Virus record (IMG/VR): IMGVR_UViG_2541047937_000003
Location: 1-33,630 of that record
Origin: a virus
Taxonomy: Duplodnaviria > Heunggongvirae > Uroviricota > Caudoviricetes
Reading direction: 5' to 3' (one strand)
DNA length: 33,630 nt
Below the pieces are notes generated by a model, which did no database searches, was not told the origin of the DNA, and saw only the letters and a program-made list of their open reading frames with translations. This document shows, piece after piece, positions 8,794 through 16,279 of the stretch. The first letter of the stretch is position 1; each line of letters opens with the position of its first letter. Made by a program: the position numbers and the translations under genes.

Positions 8794-9724
8794 ATTAACC
8801 GGCTATGTATGGGATGGTTGCGCAGCGTCAGGCATGAAATTATCCAGCGTGGCAATTATGGCCCGCCTGGCTGATTTCAGTAATGACGAAGGTGTGTGCT
8901 GGCCATCAATTGAAACCATTGCCCGTCAGATTGGCGCGGGGATGAGTACCGTCAGGACGGCTATCGCACGGCTGGAAGCAGAAGGCTGGTTAACGCGTAA
9001 GGCGCGTCGCCAGGGTAACCGCAATGCGTCGAATGTTTATCAGCTTAACGTTGCGAAGCTTCAGGCAGCGGCATTTTCTCAACTGTCAGATTCTGACCCG
9101 TCAAAATCTGACGCATCAAAATCTGACCCGTCAAAATTTGATGCGTCGAAATCTGGCAAAAAAGCGGGTTTTCACCCGTCAGAATCTGGCGGGGATCCGT
9201 CAGTAAAATCAAAACATGATCCGTCAGATAAAAAACCTTCTCGTCCGGACGCTTCGCAACCGGACACGCAGACGGATGAACAGGATTTTTTAACTCGCCA
9301 TCCTGATGCGGTTGTATTCAGCCCTAAAAAGCGCCAGTGGGGAACGCAGGATGATTTGACCTGCGAACAGTGGCTCTGGAAAAAAATCATCGCCCTGTAC
9401 GAGCAAGCCGCCGAATGTGACGGCGAGGTGGTTCGTCCCAAAGAACCGAACTGGACAGCCTGGGCAAACGAAATTCGCCTAATGTGTGTGCAGGATGGTC
9501 GTACTCACAAACAAATCTGCGAGATGTACAGCCGCGTCAGCCGCGATCCGTTCTGGTGCCGTAACGTGCTCAGCCCGTCGAAGCTGCGGGAAAAATGGGA
9601 TGAGCTTTCCCTGCGCTTATCACCGTCCGTCAGCACGTACACCGAAAAACGCGAAGACCCGTACTTCAAATCCAGTTACGACAACGTGGACTACAGCCAG
9701 ATCCCGGCAGGATTCAGGGGGTGA
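8783..9724 (+). CDS. replication initiator, lambda O-like (N-terminal wHTH, iteron-encoded low-complexity linker), 313 aa
   Basis: N-terminal HTH (WPSIETIARQIGAGMSTVRTAIARLEAEGWL); central SDSDPSKSDASKSDPSKFDASKS repeats encoded by DNA iterons; position between cro region and rusA. Confidence 0.65.
   Translation: MSTKLTGYVWDGCAASGMKLSSVAIMARLADFSNDEGVCWPSIETIARQIGAGMSTVRTAIARLEAEGWLTRKARRQGNRNASNVYQLNVAKLQAAAFSQLSDSDPSKSDASKSDPSKFDASKSGKKAGFHPSESGGDPSVKSKHDPSDKKPSRPDASQPDTQTDEQDFLTRHPDAVVFSPKKRQWGTQDDLTCEQWLWKKIIALYEQAAECDGEVVRPKEPNWTAWANEIRLMCVQDGRTHKQICEMYSRVSRDPFWCRNVLSPSKLREKWDELSLRLSPSVSTYTEKREDPYFKSSYDNVDYSQIPAGFRG
9083..9236. repeat. iteron cluster (putative origin of replication) inside the O-like gene
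   Basis: At least four tandem 15-bp repeats CCGTCAAAATCTGAC / GCATCAAAATCTGAC / CCGTCAAAATTTGAT / GCGTCGAAATCTGGC, then an A-rich stretch and three more degenerate CCGTCAG copies. Confidence 0.65.
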
Positions 9725-9726
9725 TC

Positions 9727-10129
9727 ATGAGTCTTTTGAATGAAGTTCAGAAATTCATTGAAGCCCATCCGGGGTGTACTTCCGGAGACATTGCGGATGC
9801 TTTTGCAGGTTACTCACGGCAGCGCGTTCTGCAGTCAGCAAGCAAGTTACGTCAGAGTGGGCGTGTGGCTCACCGTTGTGAAGGAGATACACGCAGACAT
9901 TTCCCACGCCTGCCGTTCAGTGAATGCAGCGGTAGAGCATCTTCGTGCACTGGAGAAAAAAGGCGTCATCACGATAAAGCGTGGCGTGGCCCGGGGGATA
10001 ACGCTTCATACCGCGGTGAAGGACGACGACAGCGAGGCGGTCGGGATTATCCGCGCACTGCTTGCCGGTGAGGAAAACGCCAGGCTGCGTGCAGCCCACT
10101 GGTTACATGAGAGAGGCCTGAAAGTATGA
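9727..10129 (+). pseudogene. LexA-N-terminal-type winged-helix DNA-binding gene, reading frame interrupted (+1 shift or ~97-nt insert between 9817 and 9913)
   Basis: One frame gives MSLLNEVQKFIEAHPGCTSGDIADAFAGYS (LexA helix 1-2 pattern), another gives RSVNAAVEHLRALEKKGVITIKRGVARGITLH (LexA recognition helix and wing). They are contiguous in LexA but 97 nt apart and out of frame here. The two track ORFs 9721..10071 and 9740..10129 each have an Arg-rich or odd half. Confidence 0.4.
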
Positions 10130-10515
10130 AGCTGATCTTGCCTTTCCCGCCCAGCGTGAACACGTACTGGCGACACCCCAACAAAGGGGCGTTTGCTGGT
10201 AAGAGTCTGATAAGCGCGGCGGGGCGAAAATTCCAGAGCGCGGCGTGCGCAGCAATAGTTGAGCAGTTACGTCGTCTGCCGAAACCAACGTCGGCACCTG
10301 CTTCAGTGGAGATCGTGTTGTTTCCTCCGGATAACCGGATCCGCGATCTGGACAACTATAACAAGGCGCTGTTTGACGCCCTGACCCACGCGGGTGTGTG
10401 GGAAGACGACAGTCAGGTGAAAAGAATGCTGGTGGAGTGGGGACCGGTTATCCCGGAAGGGAAGGTCGAGATCACTATCAGTAAGTACGAGAAAACGGCG
10501 GGTGCAGCCGCCTGA
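10126..10515 (+). CDS. rusA: RusA-family Holliday junction resolvase, 129 aa
   Basis: LPFPPSVNTYWRH N-terminus and DLDNYNKALFDALTHAGVWEDD acidic catalytic region typical of RusA; nin-region position. Confidence 0.8.
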   Translation: MKLILPFPPSVNTYWRHPNKGAFAGKSLISAAGRKFQSAACAAIVEQLRRLPKPTSAPASVEIVLFPPDNRIRDLDNYNKALFDALTHAGVWEDDSQVKRMLVEWGPVIPEGKVEITISKYEKTAGAAA

Positions 10516-10534
10516 TCAAGAGGAGAAACGAAGT

Positions 10535-10795
10535 ATGAATAATCTGATGGTCATTGATGGTATTGAAGTTCGTCGTGATACTTATGGGCGTTACAGCCTG
10601 AACGATCTGCACAGGGCTGCCGGTTCTCTGGATAAGCATAAGCCTGCATTCTGGCTCCGCAATGAGCAAACTGAACGTTTAATAAGCGAGTTGCAGATTT
10701 GCAACTCGGTCAATATAGAGCCAGTTAACGTTATTCGTGGCGGAAATAACCAGGGGACGTATGTCTGCAAAGAACTGGTGTACCGTGGCATTTGA
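10535..10795 (+). CDS. KilA-N domain protein, 86 aa
   Basis: MNNLMVIDGIEVRRDTYGRYSLNDLHRAAGS...KPAFWLRNEQTERLISEL matches the KilA-N/Bro-N pattern; start set at ATG with AGGAGA RBS. Confidence 0.55.
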   Translation: MNNLMVIDGIEVRRDTYGRYSLNDLHRAAGSLDKHKPAFWLRNEQTERLISELQICNSVNIEPVNVIRGGNNQGTYVCKELVYRGI

Positions 10796-10884
10796 AGAGA
10801 AGTATGGTTCCCAGCTGGAGCTGATATTTCGTTTTATCGATCGTGCGCTGGCAATAGGCGTACTGGCGTAAGTGGAGAACGAGC

Positions 10885-11637
10885 ATGAACCTTGAAGCCT
10901 TACCGAAATATTACTCCCCGAAATCTCCAAAACTGAGCGATGACGCACCGGCGACAGGCTCTGGTGGTTTAACGATTACGGATGTGATGGCTGCGCAGGG
11001 GATGGTGCAGTCGAAAGCACCGCTTGGGTTTGCCTTATTCCTGGCAAAAGTTGGTGTTCAGGATCCTCAGTTTGCGATTGAAGGTCTGCTCAATTACGCG
11101 ATGGCACTGGATAACCCGACATTGAATAAATTGAGTGAAGAAACCCGGCTACAGATCATTCCTTACCTTGTGAATTTTGCCTTTGCTGATTATTCCAGGT
11201 CTGCGGCAAGTAAGGCTCGCTGTGAGCATTGTGCTGGTACTGGATTTCATAATGTATTGCGCGAAGTGGTGAAACACTCCAGAAGCGGGGAGTCTGTTAT
11301 CAAGGAAGAGTGGGTGAAGGAACTATGTCAGCATTGTCATGGTAAGGGAGAAGTCAGCACAGCGTGCAGAGGGTGTAAGGGTAAAGGTATTGTCCTGGAT
11401 GAAAAAAGAACCCGGCTTCATGGTACGCCTGTTTATAAGATTTGTGGGCGTTGCAATGGAAAACGGTTTAGTCGTTTACCAACCACACTGGCGCGGCATC
11501 ATGTCCAGAAACTGGTACCAGACCTGACGGATTATCAGTGGTACAAAGGATATGCAGATGTCATTGATAAACTGGTTACAAAGTGCTGGCAGGAGGAATC
11601 TTACGCTGAAGCACAATTGAGAAAGGTGACAAGATAA
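10885..11637 (+). CDS. putative late-gene regulator in the Q (antiterminator) position; protein with four CxxCxGxG Zn-finger repeats, 250 aa
   Basis: CEHCAGTG, CQHCHGKG, CRGCKGKG, CGRCNGKR repeats; last early-right gene before the late terminator and lysis cassette. Q assignment is positional. Confidence 0.4.
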   Translation: MNLEALPKYYSPKSPKLSDDAPATGSGGLTITDVMAAQGMVQSKAPLGFALFLAKVGVQDPQFAIEGLLNYAMALDNPTLNKLSEETRLQIIPYLVNFAFADYSRSAASKARCEHCAGTGFHNVLREVVKHSRSGESVIKEEWVKELCQHCHGKGEVSTACRGCKGKGIVLDEKRTRLHGTPVYKICGRCNGKRFSRLPTTLARHHVQKLVPDLTDYQWYKGYADVIDKLVTKCWQEESYAEAQLRKVTR

Positions 11638-11744
11638 GTGATCTTCGCCGAAAATGGTGACATCATGCTTGCAATTTTCAAAAAAACATGGATAAGATTT
11701 TCTCAACGATGGGCTTTATGTATCTGCTGTTGATAACCTTCAAG

Positions 11745-11770
11745 AACTCGCCATTGAGCGGGTTTTTTAT
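11745..11770 (+). terminator. candidate late-leader terminator (tR'-like) downstream of the Q-like gene
   Basis: CTCGC-cattga-GCGGG hairpin (one G-U pair) followed by TTTTTTATT; a TATAAT hexamer follows at 11805..11810. Confidence 0.3.
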
Positions 11771-11840
11771 TGTGTAAAAACAGAATGACGGTATTAATTA
11801 GTAATATAATTATTCGACCATACAACTAGGGGTCGAAAAA

Positions 11841-12626
11841 ATGTATGTTTTTGAGTTAATCAAGCCAGGCAGTAATCTTAAGTTTGAAAACAGAGAGTTA
11901 GAATGGACGTTTAATAACTTATTATCCCATTTAGAAACTGCATTTTATGATGCTAATGTAGCATTAAATTTATTCGAACAGGAAAGAACTAAGAATAACA
12001 GTAAATTCGATAATATTTCTCAGACATGGCAAGCTGATGTACAGAAACGACAAGCACTGGAAATGCTGGTTCGTAAAGAGTTTGGTTATCAACCTTATGA
12101 ATATTCAGAACAGGTTTTTTCAGAGGTCGAGCTACGTCTAAAAAGAGAAAAATGGAATAACGGTGAATATCCGTTGGCTCATCAACACAGATTGATCTTC
12201 TTACATGCAAAATCATTTCTCTACGCTTTGGATGCTATTGATAAATTTTTAAAGGTAATTTCAAAAGAAAATGGCGCGCCAGAGAACATTAAAAAATTGC
12301 ATGAACAGCTTTCTAAAGACTTTCCGAATTTAAGAAAGGTAAGGAATTCAGCTCAACACATGGAAGACAGAGTTCGTGGGCTTGGTGCAGAGAAAGAACC
12401 AAAGCCAATAAAACTCAAACCTGTAAATAATATTCATGTTGTTGCACCTCAGGGGGCATTGATGTTGAATAACTTATTCGGAACTAAATTTGGGTGCACT
12501 ATGGCTGATGGCTATTATGGTGAAGTAGATATTTCGACAGAGTCTTTGGCAAAGTTGCAAAATTTAATCCAAAAAGTTTTTAATTCCTTCAGTTGGGAAG
12601 GACCAAAGCAACACCTTCCCCGATAA
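11841..12626 (+). CDS. AT-rich moron protein, 261 aa, unknown function; contains an R-x4-H motif (RNSAQH, aa 168-173): candidate abortive-infection/defence protein
   Basis: Complete ORF with AGGGG RBS; markedly AT-rich with atypical codon usage; sits between the Q-like gene and the holin; followed by a perfect bidirectional terminator. Confidence 0.6.
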   Translation: MYVFELIKPGSNLKFENRELEWTFNNLLSHLETAFYDANVALNLFEQERTKNNSKFDNISQTWQADVQKRQALEMLVRKEFGYQPYEYSEQVFSEVELRLKREKWNNGEYPLAHQHRLIFLHAKSFLYALDAIDKFLKVISKENGAPENIKKLHEQLSKDFPNLRKVRNSAQHMEDRVRGLGAEKEPKPIKLKPVNNIHVVAPQGALMLNNLFGTKFGCTMADGYYGEVDISTESLAKLQNLIQKVFNSFSWEGPKQHLPR

Positions 12627-12630
12627 CATT

Positions 12631-12675
12631 TTCTTTTTTATTGAAAGCCGCCAAATAATTGGCGGCTTTTTTATT
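12631..12675. terminator. bidirectional rho-independent terminator
   Basis: Perfect 11-bp stem AAAGCCGCCAA / TTGGCGGCTTT (12644..12654, 12659..12669), 4-nt loop, T tracts on both sides. Confidence 0.8.
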
Positions 12676-12715
12676 TCACAGTACCCGCAAATATCGCGAG
12701 GTGAGAGATGACGAA

Positions 12716-13042
12716 ATGCCTCATAACCCAAATACCTGGCTGGACTTGGTCCAGAGCTGGTGGCGTGGAGACACACCGCTGGGCGCAGTGATTATGTCGA
12801 TTGTTATGGCTGGCTTGCGCATTGCATATTTTGGCGGTGGTGGGGGCTGGAAACGAAAAACACTCGAGATTTTGCTCTGTGGTGCTCTGACGCTGACTTT
12901 TGCATCCGCTCTTGAGTATGTCGGATGGCCTAAATCTCTTTCTGTTGCCATTGGTGGTGGCGTTGGGTTGATCGGTGTCGATGCTATTCGTGGGGCTGCA
13001 ATGAGTGTAATCGGTAATAAGTTTGGTGGCTCTAAGGAGTAA
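12716..13042 (+). CDS. holin, 108 aa, three predicted TM segments
   Basis: Hydrophobic segments LGAVIMSIVMAGLRIAYF, TLEILLCGALTLTFASAL, LSVAIGGGVGLIGVDAI; immediately upstream of the endolysin; start set at ATG with GAGGTGAGAG RBS (track ORF starts at a TTG inside the terminator). Confidence 0.7.
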   Translation: MPHNPNTWLDLVQSWWRGDTPLGAVIMSIVMAGLRIAYFGGGGGWKRKTLEILLCGALTLTFASALEYVGWPKSLSVAIGGGVGLIGVDAIRGAAMSVIGNKFGGSKE

Positions 13043-13045
13043 TTT

Positions 13046-13522
13046 ATGCAGGTACTAAATTCCCAGCGTAAAGCTTTCCTTGATATGGTGGCTTGGTCAG
13101 AAGGAACGGATAACGGACGACAACCGACACGTAACCACGGTTATGACGTTATTGTCGGTGGTGAACTCTTCACTGATTACTCCGATCACCCTCGCAAACT
13201 TGTCACGCTAAACCCGAAACTCAAGTCAACAGCCGCCGGACGTTACCAGCTTCTTTCACGCTGGTGGGATGCTTACCGTAAACAGCTTGGCCTGAAAGAT
13301 TTTTCTCCAGAAAGCCAGGACGCTGTAGCTCTGCAGCAGATTAAAGAGCGTGGCGCTTTACCGATGATTGACCGCGGCAATATTCGTCAGGCAATCGACC
13401 GTTGCAGCAATATCTGGGCGTCGTTACCAGGTGCAGGTTACGGTCAGTATGAACATAAAATCGGCGACCTGATTGCCCGATTTAAAGAGGCTGGTGGGGT
13501 AGTAAATGAAGCTGAGATATAA
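13046..13522 (+). CDS. endolysin, lambda R-type lytic transglycosylase, 158 aa
   Basis: NSQRKAFLDMVAWSEGTDNGRQPTRNHGYDVIVGGELFTDYSDHPRKLVTLNPKLKST... is near-identical to lambda R as I recall it; same length. Confidence 0.92.
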   Translation: MQVLNSQRKAFLDMVAWSEGTDNGRQPTRNHGYDVIVGGELFTDYSDHPRKLVTLNPKLKSTAAGRYQLLSRWWDAYRKQLGLKDFSPESQDAVALQQIKERGALPMIDRGNIRQAIDRCSNIWASLPGAGYGQYEHKIGDLIARFKEAGGVVNEAEI

Positions 13523-13898
13523 GCTGGTTATTGTTGCCTTCTTTGTTACCGTCATTGGTTCCTTCATCTGGTCTGTCGGGCATTACTACAGCAAATATCA
13601 GCACGAAAAGGAGCGTGCTGATGAGGCTGTACGAAATGCTGAATCGGCAACTGCCATTACCAATAACGTCCTGCAATCAATACAAATCGTAAATACAGCA
13701 CTGGAGGCTAGCCAGCATGCAAAACAACAAATCGCACTGGAGTCACAGAGAACCCAGGAAGATATCAAAGTGGCTGTTGCGAATGATGATTGCGCTTCAC
13801 GTCCTGTGCCTGCTGCCGCTACTGACCGGTTGCGGAAGTACGCGGACAGTTTACGTGAGCACCCCAGTAGCACCACTGTCAACCACCCTAACTTCTGA
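13506..13898 (+). CDS. Rz-like i-spanin, 130 aa
   Basis: N-terminal TM anchor (LVIVAFFVTVIGSFIWSV) then helical region; start overlaps the endolysin stop; contains an Rz1-like ORF in the +1 frame. Confidence 0.6.
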   Translation: MKLRYKLVIVAFFVTVIGSFIWSVGHYYSKYQHEKERADEAVRNAESATAITNNVLQSIQIVNTALEASQHAKQQIALESQRTQEDIKVAVANDDCASRPVPAAATDRLRKYADSLREHPSSTTVNHPNF

Positions 13899-14031
13899 AA
13901 CACCGATTCCAATTATACCTAGTCCACTGACATATGGTGCTAGCCTAGACCTGAATGCAAGTTTGTTATCTGCATTAGGGCAGTGCAATAGAGATAAAAA
14001 GGCTATCCGCAGTATAAACAATGCTAGATGA
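13783..14031 (+). CDS. Rz1-like o-spanin lipoprotein
   Basis: +1 frame relative to Rz; signal peptide with lipobox LLTGC (MMIALHVLCLLPLLTGCGS), Pro-rich mature part; extends 133 nt beyond Rz. Start uncertain (13717 or 13783). Confidence 0.5.
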   Translation: MMIALHVLCLLPLLTGCGSTRTVYVSTPVAPLSTTLTSETPIPIIPSPLTYGASLDLNASLLSALGQCNRDKKAIRSINNAR

Positions 14032-14109
14032 AGATTTTAATTTAAATTGAAGATGCCTATTACTAGACATCTTTATAATTTATGCTCAAACCAAAGTGGA
14101 TTTGTAATA

Positions 14110-14484
14110 TTAAAGACTATTTAGGAGACTCTGAATAATAGGCCATAAAGTTAATGTGTTTGCACCAGCTGAGTAAAATCGCTCCATCAGTTGTAGAGGT
14201 GTTGATGACTGATTAAACTTGATATCATTTAAAATGTCGTATATTTCTTGTAGCTTCTCTGCACCAAGTTTATCGTTAATTTCACTTAAGTTATTTTGTA
14301 TGGCGATTTCTGCTTCTTTTATAAGCCGAACTGTTTCTGCTGAGTAATGAATATTGTTGGAAAGAAAAGTATTAGCTGAATCAATAATTTCATAACCAAC
14401 ATCAGCACCAAATGATTTGTTTCCAATTATTTTGATGTTTTCGCATCCCTCAATGCGATAAGCAACGGTTTTCTTTTCACTCAT
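14110..14484 (-). CDS. AT-rich reverse-strand moron protein, 124 aa, unknown function
   Basis: Complete ORF on the strand opposite to the late genes, between Rz1 and HNH (the position lambda bor occupies); strongly AT-rich; no signal peptide or TM segment seen. Confidence 0.55.
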   Translation of the reverse strand: MSEKKTVAYRIEGCENIKIIGNKSFGADVGYEIIDSANTFLSNNIHYSAETVRLIKEAEIAIQNNLSEINDKLGAEKLQEIYDILNDIKFNQSSTPLQLMERFYSAGANTLTLWPIIQSLLNSL

Positions 14485-14611
14485 GTTATAACCTGTGTTT
14501 AGTTACTTTTATTAGAACCTTGTTATCAGATTTTTCTCATAAAGGAAAGAGTGAAAGAGAAAAATGAATCTCTTTTGTCAAATATGTCTATCAGATTAAA
14601 GAGAGTATTTT

Positions 14612-14962
14612 ATGCCAGCACTGATACCTAGAGCCTGCCGTGTTCGCGGCTGCCACCATACCACTACTGACCCGTCAGGCTATTGTGAAAGCCATAAAAG
14701 CGAAGGCTGGAAGCAATACAAGCCAGGCCAGTCCCGTCATCAGCGCGGCTACGGTTCGAAGTGGGACAGTATCCGCGCGCGCGTCCTGAAGCGTGACAAA
14801 GGTTTATGTCAGTTATGTCTGCGTGCCGGTGTGGTGCGTGAAGCTAAAACCGTTGACCACATCATCCCTAAAGCGCATGGCGGCACCGATGCAGACAGTA
14901 ATCTGCAGAGCCTGTGCTGGCCGTGCCATAAGACGAAGACGGCCCGTGAACGGCTAAAGTGA
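14612..14962 (+). CDS. HNH endonuclease (terminase-associated), 116 aa
   Basis: CRVRGCHHTT...CQLCLRAG...VDHIIPKAHGGTDADSNLQSLCWPCH: HNH core with two CxxC pairs; immediately upstream of terS. Confidence 0.85.
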   Translation: MPALIPRACRVRGCHHTTTDPSGYCESHKSEGWKQYKPGQSRHQRGYGSKWDSIRARVLKRDKGLCQLCLRAGVVREAKTVDHIIPKAHGGTDADSNLQSLCWPCHKTKTARERLK

Positions 14963-14988
14963 TAATAATTCTCAACTGCCTGAGGGGA

Positions 14989-15048
14989 GGGGCGGGTCAA
15001 ATCCCTGTGGCCTGACGTCTTCCGGACTGCCCGCCCCATCGTTTTTTT
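14989..15048 (+). other. GC-rich inverted repeat between HNH and terS: candidate cos/packaging site or long-loop terminator
   Basis: GGGGCGGG (14989..14996) pairs with CCCGCCCC (15030..15037) across 33 nt, followed by TTTTTTT (15042..15048); in HK97-like phages cos lies between HNH and terS. Confidence 0.35.
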
Positions 15049-15087
15049 ATACCCGCGAAAAATGAAATTTAACCAGGAGTGCCGCAT

Positions 15088-15759
15088 ATGGCTGGAACGG
15101 CGGGGCGTTCCGGGCGTCGCCCCAAGCCAACGGCGCGCAAGGCGCTGGCCGGAAACCCCGGCAAGCGAGCCCTGAATAAAGATGAACCTGTTTTTACGCC
15201 CATCAAAGGTGTTGAGCCACCGGAGTGGTTCGCTGAAGAAGATCTCCCTCTCGCTACGATCATGTGGCAACTGACAACTAAAGAACTCTGCGGTCAGGGC
15301 CTGCTGTGCGTGACTGACCTCGCGGTGCTTGAGCGGTGGTGCGTGGCCTACGAGTTCTGGCGACGTGCCGTGAAAAATATTGCCAGACAGGGCAACACCA
15401 TCACCGGTGCAATGGGCGGTATGGTCAAAAATCCGGAGCTGACCGCCAAAAAAGAACAGGAGTCCGAGATGAGCAGTACGGGGGCAATGCTCGGACTCGA
15501 CCCCAGCAGCCGCCAGCGTCTGATTGGCCTGGCGGGGCAGAAGAAAGCCACTAAACCGCGCAGAAGGATAAGTTCGGCGCGGGTAAGAACGGTTTTACCC
15601 GTGGTAACCCCCAGACTGGCACACCTGCCACCGATCTGGATGATGACTACTTTGATATGTTGCAGGAAGAACTCTGCAGCGTGGTGGAGGCATCCGGTGC
15701 CAGCCTGGAGAAGGGGCGAAACGACCAGTTGCTTACCGCGCTTCGTGCTCTGCTGTTAA
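15088..15759 (+). CDS. terminase small subunit, P27 family; 3' end abnormal (authentic sequence ends near codon 153, about 15546, then read-through)
   Basis: [37 protein letters not shown]-terminus; AGGAG RBS; after ...LIGLAGQKK the frame continues as Arg/Cys/Trp-rich sequence while a tail-fibre frame opens at 15555. Confidence 0.7.
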   Translation: MAGTAGRSGRRPKPTARKALAGNPGKRALNKDEPVFTPIKGVEPPEWFAEEDLPLATIMWQLTTKELCGQGLLCVTDLAVLERWCVAYEFWRRAVKNIARQGNTITGAMGGMVKNPELTAKKEQESEMSSTGAMLGLDPSSRQRLIGLAGQKKATKPRRRISSARVRTVLPVVTPRLAHLPPIWMMTTLICCRKNSAAWWRHPVPAWRRGETTSCLPRFVLCC

Positions 15760-16277
15760 GCCGCAAGAATCCGTTTGGTGATATCAAATCGGATGGCACG
15801 GTGAAAACGGCTCTCGAAAACCTTGGTTTGGGAGAAGCGGCAAAACGGAATGTGGGCAACGGGGAAAACCAAATCCCTGATATGTCTTTCTGGACGGTTA
15901 CTGGTGGCAATGGAAATTTTGTGATTCGTCAACCTGACGGGCTAATCATCCAGATGGTTACTGTAAGTATAAGCGGCCCAGTGGCGATGAATGGAATGAC
16001 TGATAATGCTTATGCCATCACAGGTTCTAATAAGTCTTATATTGCCACAGCCACATTGCCCTTTGTATTTCCTAATAAGGTGCTGGGCGTTATCCCTCTG
16101 GTATCAACAACAACCTATGGTGGTGTATCCAGTAATATTACAGGTTCATACGCGACGGCGGTTTGTTCTTTTGCCGCTGTCCGGGGGAATAATACGATTG
16201 TATTCAAAGTCGACAAACCACTGAATGCAGCCTTTCCTTCAGATACCAGCGTCTCAGCGTTAATCATTGGACGGTAA
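15657..16277 (+). CDS. tail-fibre protein C-terminal fragment, variant 1 (Stf-like), 206 aa
   Basis: First 60 aa ([24 protein letters not shown]...ENLGLGE) identical to the opposite-strand ORF 17297..17974, then a unique region; frame is open upstream to 15555 with no start codon, so this is a 3' remnant of a longer fibre gene. Confidence 0.7.
   Translation: MLQEELCSVVEASGASLEKGRNDQLLTALRALLLSRKNPFGDIKSDGTVKTALENLGLGEAAKRNVGNGENQIPDMSFWTVTGGNGNFVIRQPDGLIIQMVTVSISGPVAMNGMTDNAYAITGSNKSYIATATLPFVFPNKVLGVIPLVSTTTYGGVSSNITGSYATAVCSFAAVRGNNTIVFKVDKPLNAAFPSDTSVSALIIGR
15811..15836. promoter_or_regulatory. 26-bp crossover site for a Gin/Hin/Pin-family serine invertase (left copy)
   Basis: CTCTCGAAAACC-TT-GGTTTGGGAGAA resembles hix/gix sites (two 12-bp AAACC-containing half-sites around a 2-bp core); lies exactly at the constant/variable boundary. 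Confidence 0.65.
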
Positions 16278-16279
16278 TA

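Larger units (their letters stand above)
1..15836. repeat. left arm of window-wide inverted repeat
   Basis: Every ORF 1..15836 has an identical-translation partner at 33631-x on the other strand; about 300 nt next to the centre hand-checked. Confidence 0.85.

Noticed and set aside
9024-9206. 60-aa ORF with NLTRQNL repeats; also considered as a CRISPR-like array
   Set aside because: It is an alternate-frame translation of the iterons inside the O-like gene. The repeats are 15 bp, contiguous, without spacers, and in-frame parts of a coding sequence, so not CRISPR.
12659-12715. TTG start for the holin at 12659 given by the ORF track
   Set aside because: That codon lies inside the terminator hairpin; the in-frame ATG at 12716 has a proper RBS and yields a typical 108-aa holin.
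15547-15759. C-terminal ~70 codons of track ORF 15079..15759, and shadow ORFs 15336..15554 and 15348..15551
   Set aside because: Sequence after ...GQKK is Arg/Cys/Trp-rich and overlaps the tail-fibre frame; treated as read-through past a deletion junction, not authentic TerS.
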